Shown here one piece after another: positions 40,756 to 51,072 of a stretch of DNA of 64,000 nt. Under the pieces are notes generated by a model that worked only from the letters and a program-made list of their open reading frames with translations, was not told the DNA's origin and searched no databases. Each line of letters begins with the position of its first letter. Positions within the stretch are counted from its first letter, which is position 1. The position numbers and the translations under genes are program-made. Source of the DNA: Clostridia bacterium. GTDB lineage: Bacteria; Bacillota; Clostridia; TANB77; CAG-508. The stretch spans positions 31,104-95,103 of the forward strand of contig JAGAIV010000036.1 in the NCBI GenBank assembly GCA_017626365.1, in the 5' to 3' direction.

Positions 40756-41211
40756 ATGGACGATTTAACAGATGTTTATAATGAATTAATTATGGAACAT
40801 AGCATGAATTCATATAATAAAAAGAAATTAGAAAAAGCAGATTATAGTGAGATAGGACACAATCCAAATTGTGGCGATGAAATCACATTAGAATTAAAGC
40901 TAAATGGTGACATTATTGAAGATATGGCATTTTCAGGACACGGTTGTGCGATTTCCCAAGCTTCTACATCAATTATGATTGATACCCTAAAAGGAAAAAC
41001 AATGGAAGAAGCAAAAGAGATTATAAAAACATTTATTGCAATGATAAAACGAGAAATAACAGATGAAGAAGAATTACAAAAACTAGAAGACGCAATTGCT
41101 TTTAAAAACGTATCCCATATGCCAGCAAGAGTAAAATGTGCACTCTTAGCATGGCACACCATAGAAGATATCTTAAACCAAAAAGAAAAGGAAAAAGAAA
41201 ATGGAAAATAA
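40756..41211 (+). CDS. sufU: SufU/IscU-like Fe-S scaffold (SUF system zinc-dependent sulfurtransferase)
   Basis: NifU N-terminal fold with Cys in GDEI, GHGCAIS and the C-terminal CA. Confidence 0.85.
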   Translation: MDDLTDVYNELIMEHSMNSYNKKKLEKADYSEIGHNPNCGDEITLELKLNGDIIEDMAFSGHGCAISQASTSIMIDTLKGKTMEEAKEIIKTFIAMIKREITDEEELQKLEDAIAFKNVSHMPARVKCALLAWHTIEDILNQKEKEKENGK

Positions 41212-42253
41212 AAAAGTATTATTAGGAATGAGTGGTGGAGTAGATAGTAGTGTATCAGCCTTACTTTTAAAAGAGCAAGGATATGAAGTAATCGGAACTA
41301 CTTTAGAATTATTTGCAGGTAGTAGTTGTTGCAATATTAATACTTACATCGATGCCAAAAATGTATGTAATTCCATAGGAATTCCACATTTTACATATGA
41401 CTGTAAAGAAGCATTTCGAAACTGTGTAATTGATGACTTTATTGATGCCTATGCTAACTGCAGAACACCAAACCCATGTATTGAATGTAATAAATATATG
41501 AAATTTGGTTTCATGTATGAAAAAGCAAAAGAGTTAGGTTGCAACTATATTGCAACCGGACATTATGCAAAAACAGAGTATAGCGAAGAGTACCATAGAT
41601 GGGTGCTAAAAAAATCTAATGCAGGAAAAAAAGACCAAAGCTATGTTTTATGGAATATGCCAAAAGAATTAATAGAGCATGTCTTATTTCCATTAGCAGA
41701 TTTTGAAAGCAAAGACCAAATTAGGAAAATTGCAAGAAATCATAATCTAAAAGTAGCAAATAAACCAGATAGCGAGGATATCTGTTTTGTACCAGATGGA
41801 AATTACAAAAAATTCTTGGAAAATAATTCTAATATTAAACCAAAACAAGGAAATATTGTAAATCGTAAAGGAGAAATATTAGGAACACATACAGGATTAT
41901 ACAATTATACCATTGGACAACGAAAAGGACTTGGTATTTCAAACCCAGTGCCATTATTTGTGCTAGGTTTTAATAAAGAAAAAAATGAAGTTATCGTAGG
42001 CGAAGAAAAAGAGTTATATCAAAAAGAAATTATGGTTTCAGAGATTAATCTATTATTAGTAGATGAAATAAAAGATTGGATAGAAGTAGAAGTGAAAACA
42101 AGATATTCTGCAAAAGTGGCAAAAGCAAAAATAATACAACAAGAAGAAAAGATAAAGGTTGTTTTTGATGAGCCACAAAGAGCCATTACACCAGGACAAT
42201 CTGCAGTATTTTATGTAGGAGATATTGTTGTAGGTGGAGGAAAGATATGTTAA
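41201..42253 (+). CDS. mnmA: tRNA-specific 2-thiouridylase
   Basis: PP-loop SGGVDSS and the catalytic Cys motifs. Confidence 0.85.
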   Translation: MENKKVLLGMSGGVDSSVSALLLKEQGYEVIGTTLELFAGSSCCNINTYIDAKNVCNSIGIPHFTYDCKEAFRNCVIDDFIDAYANCRTPNPCIECNKYMKFGFMYEKAKELGCNYIATGHYAKTEYSEEYHRWVLKKSNAGKKDQSYVLWNMPKELIEHVLFPLADFESKDQIRKIARNHNLKVANKPDSEDICFVPDGNYKKFLENNSNIKPKQGNIVNRKGEILGTHTGLYNYTIGQRKGLGISNPVPLFVLGFNKEKNEVIVGEEKELYQKEIMVSEINLLLVDEIKDWIEVEVKTRYSAKVAKAKIIQQEEKIKVVFDEPQRAITPGQSAVFYVGDIVVGGGKIC

Positions 42254-42999
42254 ATCAATTTTCAAGAACAGAATTGCTAATTGGAAAAGAAGGAACCCAA
42301 AAATTAAAAAACGCAAAAGTTGCTATATTTGGTATTGGAGGAGTAGGGTCTTTTGTTGTAGAAGGACTAGTAAGAGCAGGAGTTGGCAATTTTATATTAG
42401 TAGATGATGACAAAATTTGTTTAACTAATTTAAACAGACAAATCATTGCAACAAGAAAGACAATCGGAAAACCAAAAGTAGAAGTGGCCAAGGAAAGAAT
42501 TCTAGAAATCAATCCAGATGCTAAGGTGGAAATTTATCAAGAATTTTTTATGCCAGATAGCAAAGAAATTTTGGATGATACGGTTTCTTATGTGGTAGAT
42601 GCAGTGGATACTGTAACAGCTAAAATAGAGTTAGTAGTAAGAGCTAATCAACTAAATCTTCCTATTATATCGAGTATGGGAACAGGAAATAAGTTAGACC
42701 CAACTAAATTCGAAGTAAGTGATATTTATAAAACAAGCGTATGTCCGCTAGCTAAAGTGATGAGAAAAGAACTAAAAACAAGAGGAATACCAAGCCTTAA
42801 AGTGGTTTACTCAAAAGAAGAACCAATGAAACCAGATGAAGACTTAGAATGTAGTTGTAAGAATGGTTGTATATGTCCACCTGGAACAGTAAGAAAATGT
42901 ACAACTAGAAACCAAGTACCAGGAAGTATTTCTTTTGTTCCTTCTGTGGCAGGATTAATTATAGCAGGAGAAGTAGTAAAAGATATTATTAAAAGTTAA
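42247..42999 (+). CDS. tcdA: ThiF/MoeB-family protein, TcdA/CsdL-like (tRNA threonylcarbamoyladenosine dehydratase)
   Basis: GIGGVGS Rossmann motif and the TcdA-like N-terminus. Confidence 0.7.
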   Translation: MLNQFSRTELLIGKEGTQKLKNAKVAIFGIGGVGSFVVEGLVRAGVGNFILVDDDKICLTNLNRQIIATRKTIGKPKVEVAKERILEINPDAKVEIYQEFFMPDSKEILDDTVSYVVDAVDTVTAKIELVVRANQLNLPIISSMGTGNKLDPTKFEVSDIYKTSVCPLAKVMRKELKTRGIPSLKVVYSKEEPMKPDEDLECSCKNGCICPPGTVRKCTTRNQVPGSISFVPSVAGLIIAGEVVKDIIKS

Positions 43000-43035
43000 A
43001 TAAAAAGAAACGATAAGAACTTTACTTATCGTTTC

Positions 43036-43539
43036 TTAAATTTTTCTCCATAATTTCTTTTTAATAAAAGAATAAAACTCATCTGCATTTCCTATTGAAA
43101 AATTATTTTTTAATAAAATGTAAGAATGGTTCTTATCCAAATATAAATAAAAACGATCATTTTCTTCAAAAATTTTATAAAATCTATAATATTTTAATTT
43201 TACACTGTCTTTTCCATTCGAAATAATAGTAAAATCATCATAAAAAGTATAAGTGTTTTTCATCTTCTTTTGTACTTTCTTACTATTAGCTTCTTTTTTA
43301 GTAAGAAACAATGGATGAAGAACACGATAAAAAAGAAAGATAGCAAGAACGAAAACAAAGCCAATTCCTAGTGCAATGTTACCATAACTAAATTGTAATA
43401 TCATACAAAAAATAAGAAGTGCCATAATAAAAATTGTATAAAGATGATATTTAAGATTATATTTTTGTGCATGAAATTCTACAAATTTTTTATATTCATT
43501 TATATTATATTCAGTTGTGTTTTGAAAACGTATCTCCAT
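43036..43539 (-). CDS. Hypothetical membrane protein (YcxB-like)
   Basis: Two central TM helices. Confidence 0.5.
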   Translation of the reverse strand: MEIRFQNTTEYNINEYKKFVEFHAQKYNLKYHLYTIFIMALLIFCMILQFSYGNIALGIGFVFVLAIFLFYRVLHPLFLTKKEANSKKVQKKMKNTYTFYDDFTIISNGKDSVKLKYYRFYKIFEENDRFYLYLDKNHSYILLKNNFSIGNADEFYSFIKKKLWRKI

Positions 43540-43775
43540 AAAATCACCAAACTCATTATACTAAAAAATAATGCTATAAAATGAATTGTTATAGAAATGT
43601 CATAAAAACTTAATATTTTTTATAAATATATCTGAAAACGGGAAATTTGTGAGGAAAATGTAAGAAAAAGAAGATAAGTGTAAAATGTAGGGGTTGGAAA
43701 AAAGAAAAAATTATTATATGATACAAGTAGTAATATTATAAGGAGAAAACAAAAGAAAAAGGGGCAAATTGTTTT

Positions 43776-45518
43776 ATGAAAAAAATACTATCAAAGATAA
43801 TTAAAAAATATTGGTTTGCAATATTGATGCAAATTATATTTATAGGATTAAACATTTATTTTCTAACATATCCACCTAAAATTATAGGAAATATTGTTGA
43901 TTTGTTATATAACGTAGAAGAAAACCGTAATGCAATTATGATGCAAATATGGTACTTGTTAGGAATTTGTGTTGTTTTGCTTGCTGTTCGTATGCCATGG
44001 AGATGGCTTACAGGGTATACTCCAAGAAGTATAGAAAGAGATTTAAAAGATAAACTATTTGAACAATTTATGAGAATAAAAATGACAAGTCTTCAAAACA
44101 TAAAAAATGGAGAACTTATGTCATATTTTGTAAAAGATATATCAGAAATTAGACAATTCATTTACCGTTTATTATCTTATGGAACAAGATTTGTATTCAC
44201 AGTAATTATTGCAACTTATGCAATGATGAGTGGTGTCAATGTTAAATTAACATTAGTAACATTATGTCCGATTATTGTAACAATTTTTTTAATTATAAAA
44301 ATAAAAGAATATGTAGAAAGCAGTTTTCGTAAATCACAAAAGTATTTTACGGAATTATCTGAATACGTACAAGAAAGTACAGATGCGATTCGTACAACAA
44401 AAGCATATACTGGTGAAATGAACCAATTAAAAGAATTTATTAGGAAAAATCGCAAATTAAGAGAGGCAAATAATGCAGTAGATGTGCATTCTACTTTACT
44501 TTCTACATGTCTTAATATATGTTTTGGTTTATGTTATGGTATTTCATTATTATATGGCTCTAAATTAGTATTAGAAGGAACTATCACGACAGGAGATTTT
44601 GTAGCATTTAATGGATATATTGGATTATTTGTAGGACCAGTAACTTGGCTTCCAGGAATTATTTCAAGATACAAAAGAGCAAAACTTTCTTACCAAAGAC
44701 TAGATAATGTATTTAGTCTAGAAAGAGAAAAAATAAATGTAAAAACAGAAGATAAAGAGGATGATTTTAAGGGAAACATTGAAATTAAAGACTTAAGTTT
44801 TAACTATCCAGAAAATATAGAAATGGTATTAAATCATATTAATCTAAAAATAAATAAAGGAGAAACTCTTGGAATTATTGGAACCATAGGAAGTGGAAAA
44901 ACAACACTTATGAATTTATTGTTACGCCTATATCCTGTACCAAATGGAAAAATTCAAATCGATGGAAAAGACATTAATGATATACCTTTATTAACATTAA
45001 GAAAGCATATTTGCTATATTACACAAGATAATTTCTTATTTTCAACATCATTAAAAGAAAATATAAAATTATTTAAAGAAGGGATTGAAGATGAACAAAT
45101 AAAAGAAAGTACAAAAAATGCTATGATATATGATGATATTGAAAAGATGCAAAATGGTATTGAAACCATTATCGGAGAAAGAGGAGTTGACCTATCTGGT
45201 GGACAAAAACAAAGAGTAGTGATATCAAGAGCGTTCCTAAATAAAAGTAAAGTTGTTATTTTTGATGATACTTTCTCAGCATTAGATAATAGAACTGAGC
45301 AGATGGTATTAAATAATGTGAAAAAATTAGTAAAAGATAAAACTTGTATCATTATTTCAAATCGTATATCTGATATTAGAGATGCAGATCAAATTATCGT
45401 ATTAGATGGTGGAAATATTATTGAAAGTGGAACACATGAAAGCTTATTAAAAGAACAAGGAAGATACTACAATTTTTACAAAGAACAAACAGCAAAATCG
45501 CAAATGGCTTTAAACTGA
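43776..45518 (+). CDS. ABC exporter (permease + ATPase), partner 1 of a second pair
   Basis: TM domain plus an NBD with GTIGSGKTT, LSGGQKQR and IFDD. Confidence 0.8.
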   Translation: MKKILSKIIKKYWFAILMQIIFIGLNIYFLTYPPKIIGNIVDLLYNVEENRNAIMMQIWYLLGICVVLLAVRMPWRWLTGYTPRSIERDLKDKLFEQFMRIKMTSLQNIKNGELMSYFVKDISEIRQFIYRLLSYGTRFVFTVIIATYAMMSGVNVKLTLVTLCPIIVTIFLIIKIKEYVESSFRKSQKYFTELSEYVQESTDAIRTTKAYTGEMNQLKEFIRKNRKLREANNAVDVHSTLLSTCLNICFGLCYGISLLYGSKLVLEGTITTGDFVAFNGYIGLFVGPVTWLPGIISRYKRAKLSYQRLDNVFSLEREKINVKTEDKEDDFKGNIEIKDLSFNYPENIEMVLNHINLKINKGETLGIIGTIGSGKTTLMNLLLRLYPVPNGKIQIDGKDINDIPLLTLRKHICYITQDNFLFSTSLKENIKLFKEGIEDEQIKESTKNAMIYDDIEKMQNGIETIIGERGVDLSGGQKQRVVISRAFLNKSKVVIFDDTFSALDNRTEQMVLNNVKKLVKDKTCIIISNRISDIRDADQIIVLDGGNIIESGTHESLLKEQGRYYNFYKEQTAKSQMALN

Positions 45519-45534
45519 AGAAAGGAAGAAATCA

Positions 45535-47289
45535 ATGAAGAAAAATAAAAATCATACATTAGCGCATGTTTTAGAAATGGCAAAGCCCCATAAAAAAACA
45601 ATTATTATCGTTACCATTCTTTCATTGTTAATTAACATAGGGGAGATTTTAAAACCATATTTAATAAAAATTGTAATGGATGATTACTTAAGCCAAGGCA
45701 TTTTTCAAAAAGGAATGATTACAATTGGGATGATAGGGGCAGCATACATAGGAATTGTAATTTTGGGTAATATTATCGATTTTATTGCAAGCACTGCAAC
45801 GAATATGATGGGAGAAGATATTATCTATACTATGAGAAACCGCCTATTTAAATACACACAATATGCAAATATTTCATTTCATGACCGTACACCAGCAGGA
45901 AAATTATTTGTAAGAATTACCAATGATGTAGAAGATATTTCTAGCTTATTTAAAGATGTTATAACAACATTTTTTAAAGATATGATATTAATTGTTGCAA
46001 TAGTTAGTATTATGATTTACTTTAGTGCTAAATTAAGTTTATTGTCTTTTATCGTTATACCATTTATTATCATATTTTCTGTTGTACTTACAAAAATACT
46101 AAACAAAATTTACGATAAAGCAAAAGCAATTAAAACAAAATTAAATACATTTTTAGCAGAATCAATTTATGGTGCAAAACTAATCAAAATATTTAATATT
46201 CAAAAAGAAAAACAAGAAGAATGCGAAAATCTAACACATAGTTTTAGAAATTCAAGATTACCAGGTGGAATTATTGAAGGACTACTTCCGGCACTAATGA
46301 CAATATTAGAAAATGTAGCAATCAGTATTATAGTATGGGCAGCAGTTAATAATGTAGTTGGGCAAAGCTTAGATGTTGGTTTAATATATGTATTTATAAC
46401 ATATATTAAGCAACTATTTGAACCAATTACAAGAACAATTGATAATATAGAAACCGTACAAGAAGCATTTGTATCGATTAATAAAATATATAAAATATTA
46501 GACAATAAAGAATACTTAGAAGATTTAGATTCTGGTATGGAATTAACAAATGTAAAAGGTCGTATTGAATTTAAAAATGTATGGTTTTCCTATGATAATC
46601 AAAAATGGGTACTAAAAAATGTTAGTTTTACAATAGAACCAGGACAAAGTATTGCATTGGTAGGAAAAACAGGATGTGGAAAAACGACGATTACAAACCT
46701 AATCAATCGTTTCTATGAGATTCAGCAAGGTGAAATTTTATTAGATGGAGTAAATATTAAAAACATCAATAAACGAAGCTTAAGACAGCATATTGGTATC
46801 ATTTTACAAGATCCATTCATTTTTGCAAGAAGTATTAGAAGTAATATAAAACTAAACAATTCTGACATTACAGAAGATGATATTATAAATTCCGTAAAAT
46901 TATCTTCTGCAGAAGACTTTATTTCATCACTCCCAAATGGAATCGATGAAGTGGCAAAAGAAAGAGGTTCATCATTCTCAGCAGGACAAAAACAATTACT
47001 AGCATTTGCAAGAATATTTGCACATAACCCATCCATTTTTATCTTAGATGAAGCAACAGCAAATATCGATACCCATACAGAACAATTAATTCAAAAATCA
47101 ATCGATATCATCTCTACAAAAAAGACATCAATCTTTATTGCACATAGATTAGCAACTATTGTGAATGTAGATAAAATTATTGTACTAGATGCAGGAGAAA
47201 TTGTAGAAATGGGAAATCATGTAGAACTTTTAAAAACAGGGGGATACTACAGTAAGTTATATAACTCATATTATGCAAGTTTAAATTAG
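45535..47289 (+). CDS. ABC exporter (permease + ATPase), partner 2
   Basis: GKTGCGKTT, SAGQKQL and ILDEATA. Confidence 0.8.
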   Translation: MKKNKNHTLAHVLEMAKPHKKTIIIVTILSLLINIGEILKPYLIKIVMDDYLSQGIFQKGMITIGMIGAAYIGIVILGNIIDFIASTATNMMGEDIIYTMRNRLFKYTQYANISFHDRTPAGKLFVRITNDVEDISSLFKDVITTFFKDMILIVAIVSIMIYFSAKLSLLSFIVIPFIIIFSVVLTKILNKIYDKAKAIKTKLNTFLAESIYGAKLIKIFNIQKEKQEECENLTHSFRNSRLPGGIIEGLLPALMTILENVAISIIVWAAVNNVVGQSLDVGLIYVFITYIKQLFEPITRTIDNIETVQEAFVSINKIYKILDNKEYLEDLDSGMELTNVKGRIEFKNVWFSYDNQKWVLKNVSFTIEPGQSIALVGKTGCGKTTITNLINRFYEIQQGEILLDGVNIKNINKRSLRQHIGIILQDPFIFARSIRSNIKLNNSDITEDDIINSVKLSSAEDFISSLPNGIDEVAKERGSSFSAGQKQLLAFARIFAHNPSIFILDEATANIDTHTEQLIQKSIDIISTKKTSIFIAHRLATIVNVDKIIVLDAGEIVEMGNHVELLKTGGYYSKLYNSYYASLN

Positions 47290-47371
47290 AAACAAGAAAA
47301 AGTTTAAGTGGAATAACGAAATTTGAGAAAAAACATATTGACAACATAGCAAAAAAAGATATAATATAAAT

Positions 47372-47458
47372 ATAAAAAAGAGAAAAAGGCTAAGCCCTTT
47401 TCCCTGGGTTGTTAGAATTGAAGTTTGTTTTTGAAGGGTAAACTTCAATTCTTTTTCT
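47372..47458 (+). ncRNA. Candidate small RNA: a stand-alone promoter followed by a terminator, with no ORF
   Basis: TTGACA(47338)-16-TATAAT(47360), then about 85 nt containing ..ggctaagcccttttccctggg.., then the terminator agaattgaagttt-(13 nt loop)-aaacttcaattct plus ttttt. Confidence 0.35.
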
Positions 47459-47611
47459 ATGTATACAGATACTATAATCGAACAAGTCCAATTAAAGACA
47501 CTGTAATACTAATAGAAAGAACCACTAATGCTATATCCTTCTTGATAATATATATTGCGTTTTATAAAAATATATAGTATAATAATAGCAGATTAAAAAT
47601 GGAGGAAAAAC

Positions 47612-47782
47612 CATGGGAATAAAAAGAGAATTTAATTTTGATGATGATATTGAGTTATTAAACTTAAAATATCAAATGAATAATGGAAGTCTATTAGAGT
47701 ATTTTCAAAATGAAGTAGGAGCAAACGAACCAATACAAAAACAAATGAATGGTGAAATACAAGAACCGAAAAATCAATTATA
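47612..47782 (+). CDS. Small acidic protein (56 aa), missing from the ORF track, immediately upstream of the sortase
   Basis: RBS aatggagg precedes the ATG at 47612. Sequence is MGIKREFNFDDDIELLNLKYQMNNGSLLEYFQNEVGANEPIQKQMNGEIQEPKNQL. A terminator-like hairpin follows at 47790..47835. Confidence 0.4.
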
Positions 47783-47911
47783 AAATTAAATATTAAGATT
47801 TGTAAAAACAATGTAAATAAATCTTAATATTTTTTTTTGAAAAAATACTTGGATAATAATATAAGCAATGTTATAATAAAAATGTAGTATTAAATAAAAT
47901 GGGAGAATAGT

Positions 47912-48688
47912 ATGAATCAGATTTTAGTAACAGAAAAATTGTATGTTACTCCTGAACTGAAAAGAAAAAAGAAGATGTATAAATTCAACTTTTTCTTATC
48001 AGTCTTTTTAGTGTGTTCACTATTTTCTTATTATATTTATGCAGAATACGATAGAAACAGAAATGAAGAAGTATCAAAAGAAATTTTAGCAAGTATCGAT
48101 TTAAAATATTATGAAGAAGAAGAAAAAACGAAAAATAGTGATGTACGTATGGAAGATAATGTTTTAATTGTAACACTTGGAGGACAATTAAAAGAAAGAG
48201 AAGAAATCAATATTACTAAACTTGCAGCTTCTGTACAATCACAAATTGAAAACAAGAAAAAAGAAAAAGAAATTTTTACAACTGAAACTGGAGATACATA
48301 CTCAACAGATGCTGTATTAAATATACCATCACTAGAAATTAATTATCCAATATTAGACAAGACTACAAATGAGTTACTAAAAATATCTCTTACTAAATTT
48401 TGGGGAGGAGATCCAAATGAAGTTGGAAACTATGTAATAGTAGGGCATAATTACAGAAATAAGAAAATGTTTGGAAGATTATCAGAAATTCAAATTGGAG
48501 ATAAAGTAGAATTAACAGACTTAGAAGGAAGAACACTTTCTTATGAAGTATATGAGAAATATACAGTAAATCCAGATGATACGGCTTGTACAAGTCAACA
48601 TACAAATGGAAAAAAAGAAATAACATTAATTACTTGTACCAACTATGGAACACAAAGATTAGTGGTAAAAGCAAGAGAAATAAAATAA
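47912..48688 (+). CDS. srtB: Sortase (class B-like)
   Basis: N-terminal TM anchor. Catalytic His (VGHNY), TLITCT Cys motif, and an Arg near the C-terminus. Confidence 0.8.
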   Translation: MNQILVTEKLYVTPELKRKKKMYKFNFFLSVFLVCSLFSYYIYAEYDRNRNEEVSKEILASIDLKYYEEEEKTKNSDVRMEDNVLIVTLGGQLKEREEINITKLAASVQSQIENKKKEKEIFTTETGDTYSTDAVLNIPSLEINYPILDKTTNELLKISLTKFWGGDPNEVGNYVIVGHNYRNKKMFGRLSEIQIGDKVELTDLEGRTLSYEVYEKYTVNPDDTACTSQHTNGKKEITLITCTNYGTQRLVVKAREIK

Positions 48689-48725
48689 ACATAAAAGACA
48701 TGAATGAAAAAATCTTTCATGTCTT

Positions 48726-50231
48726 TTATACTTTTAGTGATTTACTAAGAACAAGAAAAGTAAAATACCCACATATAAACATTATAATTTGAAATATGAT
48801 AGAAGACATAGTAAGTGAAAGGGTTGACACAAATAATTTGCATATTAGAAATGAAAATGTAACTCCTAAAAAAGGTTTTACTAACCAGTTTATAAAATCT
48901 ATTTTAAAATGTGTTAGTTTTTTTAGTTGGTAGAAACTAATGCTAAAGTTTAATAATTCACTAAAATATATGATTAGAATGTAACCATTCAAACCTAGTA
49001 TAGGTAGTAAAAAATAAATAAAGAATATGCTAGAAAATAAGTCTAGAATATTACATTTCATTACTTCTAATTGTTGGTTTAGTCCTTTTAAGATATTATC
49101 AATAATACCATCTAAGTATATAAAAAAAATAAGTGGAGCAAGTATTTTTAAGTAGCTAGCTATGCTAAAGTTTTGATAAATGGCATAGCTGATTTCTTTT
49201 GCATAAAATAAAAATATACCGAATACTCCAATAGAAAATAGAAAAGTAATTCGAAATATTTTTTCGGTCGCATAGGTTATTTTAGAATGTGCTTTTTTAG
49301 TATCATAATAGGCATATTCTGGAATGACTAATCCACTAAAAGAGTTTATAATAACTTCCGGAAACATTAAAATAGGCATTGTCATAGCAGAAATTAGACC
49401 ATAGGAAGAGATAGCTTCAGAACAAGTTAGCCCAGATTTTTCTAAGCGAACAGGAATCAGTAGCTGCTTTAAAGAAGAAAGCCCAGAGCGAATATACGAA
49501 GTAATAGCGACAGGTAAGCTAATCGAAAGAATGGTTTTAAAATAGTTGCTATTTTCTTTTTGATTTACTAAGTGTTTTCTTATCTCCAATTTATATAAAA
49601 CATAAGTAAACAAAAAAGAACCAATTTCTGAAATCATTTCTCCTAATACTAAAGAAAGACAAGCATAATAGATTCCGGATGGCATAAAAAATGATAAAAA
49701 ATAGGATGTTGCTAATATTTTTAAAGTCTGTTCAAAAATACGTGATGTAGCGTTTTTTCCATTTTTTCTAAGAGCAGTAAAGTAGCCATTTAAGCAGGAG
49801 GACAAGCTAATAAAAGGTAAGCTAATGGCAATAAAATAGAATAAATAATGAGACACTCTATTATGAACAAAGTAGTAGGTAATAGGCTTTGCTAATAAAC
49901 AAAGTGATATGCAAGAGATTGTTCCAAAAATTAAGCTATACAAAAAACATTTTCGCATAGCGTTTTTAGTGTTAGCATTTTCACAAAATGTAGTTTTTTC
50001 TACAATAATACGGGTAACCGCTAAATTAATACCAGAGGTAGCAAGAGTGATAAAGAATAAATAAACAGACATAATTAAACTAAAAACACCAAGAGCTTCT
50101 GAACCTACTTTTTTTGAAATGTATATATTAAAAGAAAAACCAATCAATCTCATCAAAAATGAAGTGGCAGTTAGTATTAAACCATTTACTAAAAAAATAC
50201 GAAAACGTTTCAATAAAATCACCTCGTACAA
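48726..50231 (-). CDS. MOP-superfamily polysaccharide/lipid-II flippase (SpoVB/MurJ-like)
   Basis: About 14 TM helices with a SpoVB-like N-terminus. Confidence 0.7.
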   Translation of the reverse strand: MYEVILLKRFRIFLVNGLILTATSFLMRLIGFSFNIYISKKVGSEALGVFSLIMSVYLFFITLATSGINLAVTRIIVEKTTFCENANTKNAMRKCFLYSLIFGTISCISLCLLAKPITYYFVHNRVSHYLFYFIAISLPFISLSSCLNGYFTALRKNGKNATSRIFEQTLKILATSYFLSFFMPSGIYYACLSLVLGEMISEIGSFLFTYVLYKLEIRKHLVNQKENSNYFKTILSISLPVAITSYIRSGLSSLKQLLIPVRLEKSGLTCSEAISSYGLISAMTMPILMFPEVIINSFSGLVIPEYAYYDTKKAHSKITYATEKIFRITFLFSIGVFGIFLFYAKEISYAIYQNFSIASYLKILAPLIFFIYLDGIIDNILKGLNQQLEVMKCNILDLFSSIFFIYFLLPILGLNGYILIIYFSELLNFSISFYQLKKLTHFKIDFINWLVKPFLGVTFSFLICKLFVSTLSLTMSSIIFQIIMFICGYFTFLVLSKSLKV

Positions 50232-50363
50232 TATATGAAAACAAGAGAAAAATATATGTATGTTTCTTAATAAAACCTTAATAATCTATATAGTTGTTTC
50301 TTAATAAATTTGTGATATATATTATCTAGTGATATAATCATGAAAAGAAAAGGGTGATTTTAT

Positions 50364-51059
50364 ATGTATAATATTTTAGTATGTGATGATGATAAAGAAA
50401 TTGTTGAAGCAATCGAGATTTATTTAGGTAAAGAAGGATATAAAATTTTTAAAGCATATAACGGTGAAGATGCTTTAAAAGTGATACAAGAGAATGAAAT
50501 CCATTTAATCATTTTAGATATTATGATGCCCAAAATTAATGGTATTAAGGTGGCAGAAAAAATTAGAAAAGATAAAGCTATCCCCATTATTATGCTTTCA
50601 GCAAAATCGGAAGATTATGATAAAATCAATGGCTTAAATACAGGGGCAGATGATTACATGACAAAACCATTTAATCCATTAGAATTGATTGCAAGAGTGA
50701 ATTCACAAATTAGAAGATATACAACACTTGGTTCCATCAAAAAGGAGGAAGGAAACATTTATCAAACAGGAGGATTAATCATAAATGATGACACAAAAGA
50801 GGTTAGTGTAGATGGAAATAAAATAAAACTAACTCCAACTGAATATAACATCTTGAAATTTCTAACAAAAAATAAAGGAATAGTATTTTCCATTGAACAA
50901 ATTTATGAGAATGTATGGGAAGATGAAGCATATGGAGCAGAAAATATTATTGCTGTTCATATAAGACATATCCGAGAAAAAATAGAAATTAATCCAAAAG
51001 AACCAAAATACTTAAAGGTAATTTGGGGAATTGGGTACAGAATAGAAAATATAAAGTAA
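50364..51059 (+). CDS. OmpR-family response regulator
   Basis: Receiver domain plus winged-helix domain. Confidence 0.85.
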   Translation: MYNILVCDDDKEIVEAIEIYLGKEGYKIFKAYNGEDALKVIQENEIHLIILDIMMPKINGIKVAEKIRKDKAIPIIMLSAKSEDYDKINGLNTGADDYMTKPFNPLELIARVNSQIRRYTTLGSIKKEEGNIYQTGGLIINDDTKEVSVDGNKIKLTPTEYNILKFLTKNKGIVFSIEQIYENVWEDEAYGAENIIAVHIRHIREKIEINPKEPKYLKVIWGIGYRIENIK

Positions 51060-51072
51060 AGGAGGAAAAAAC

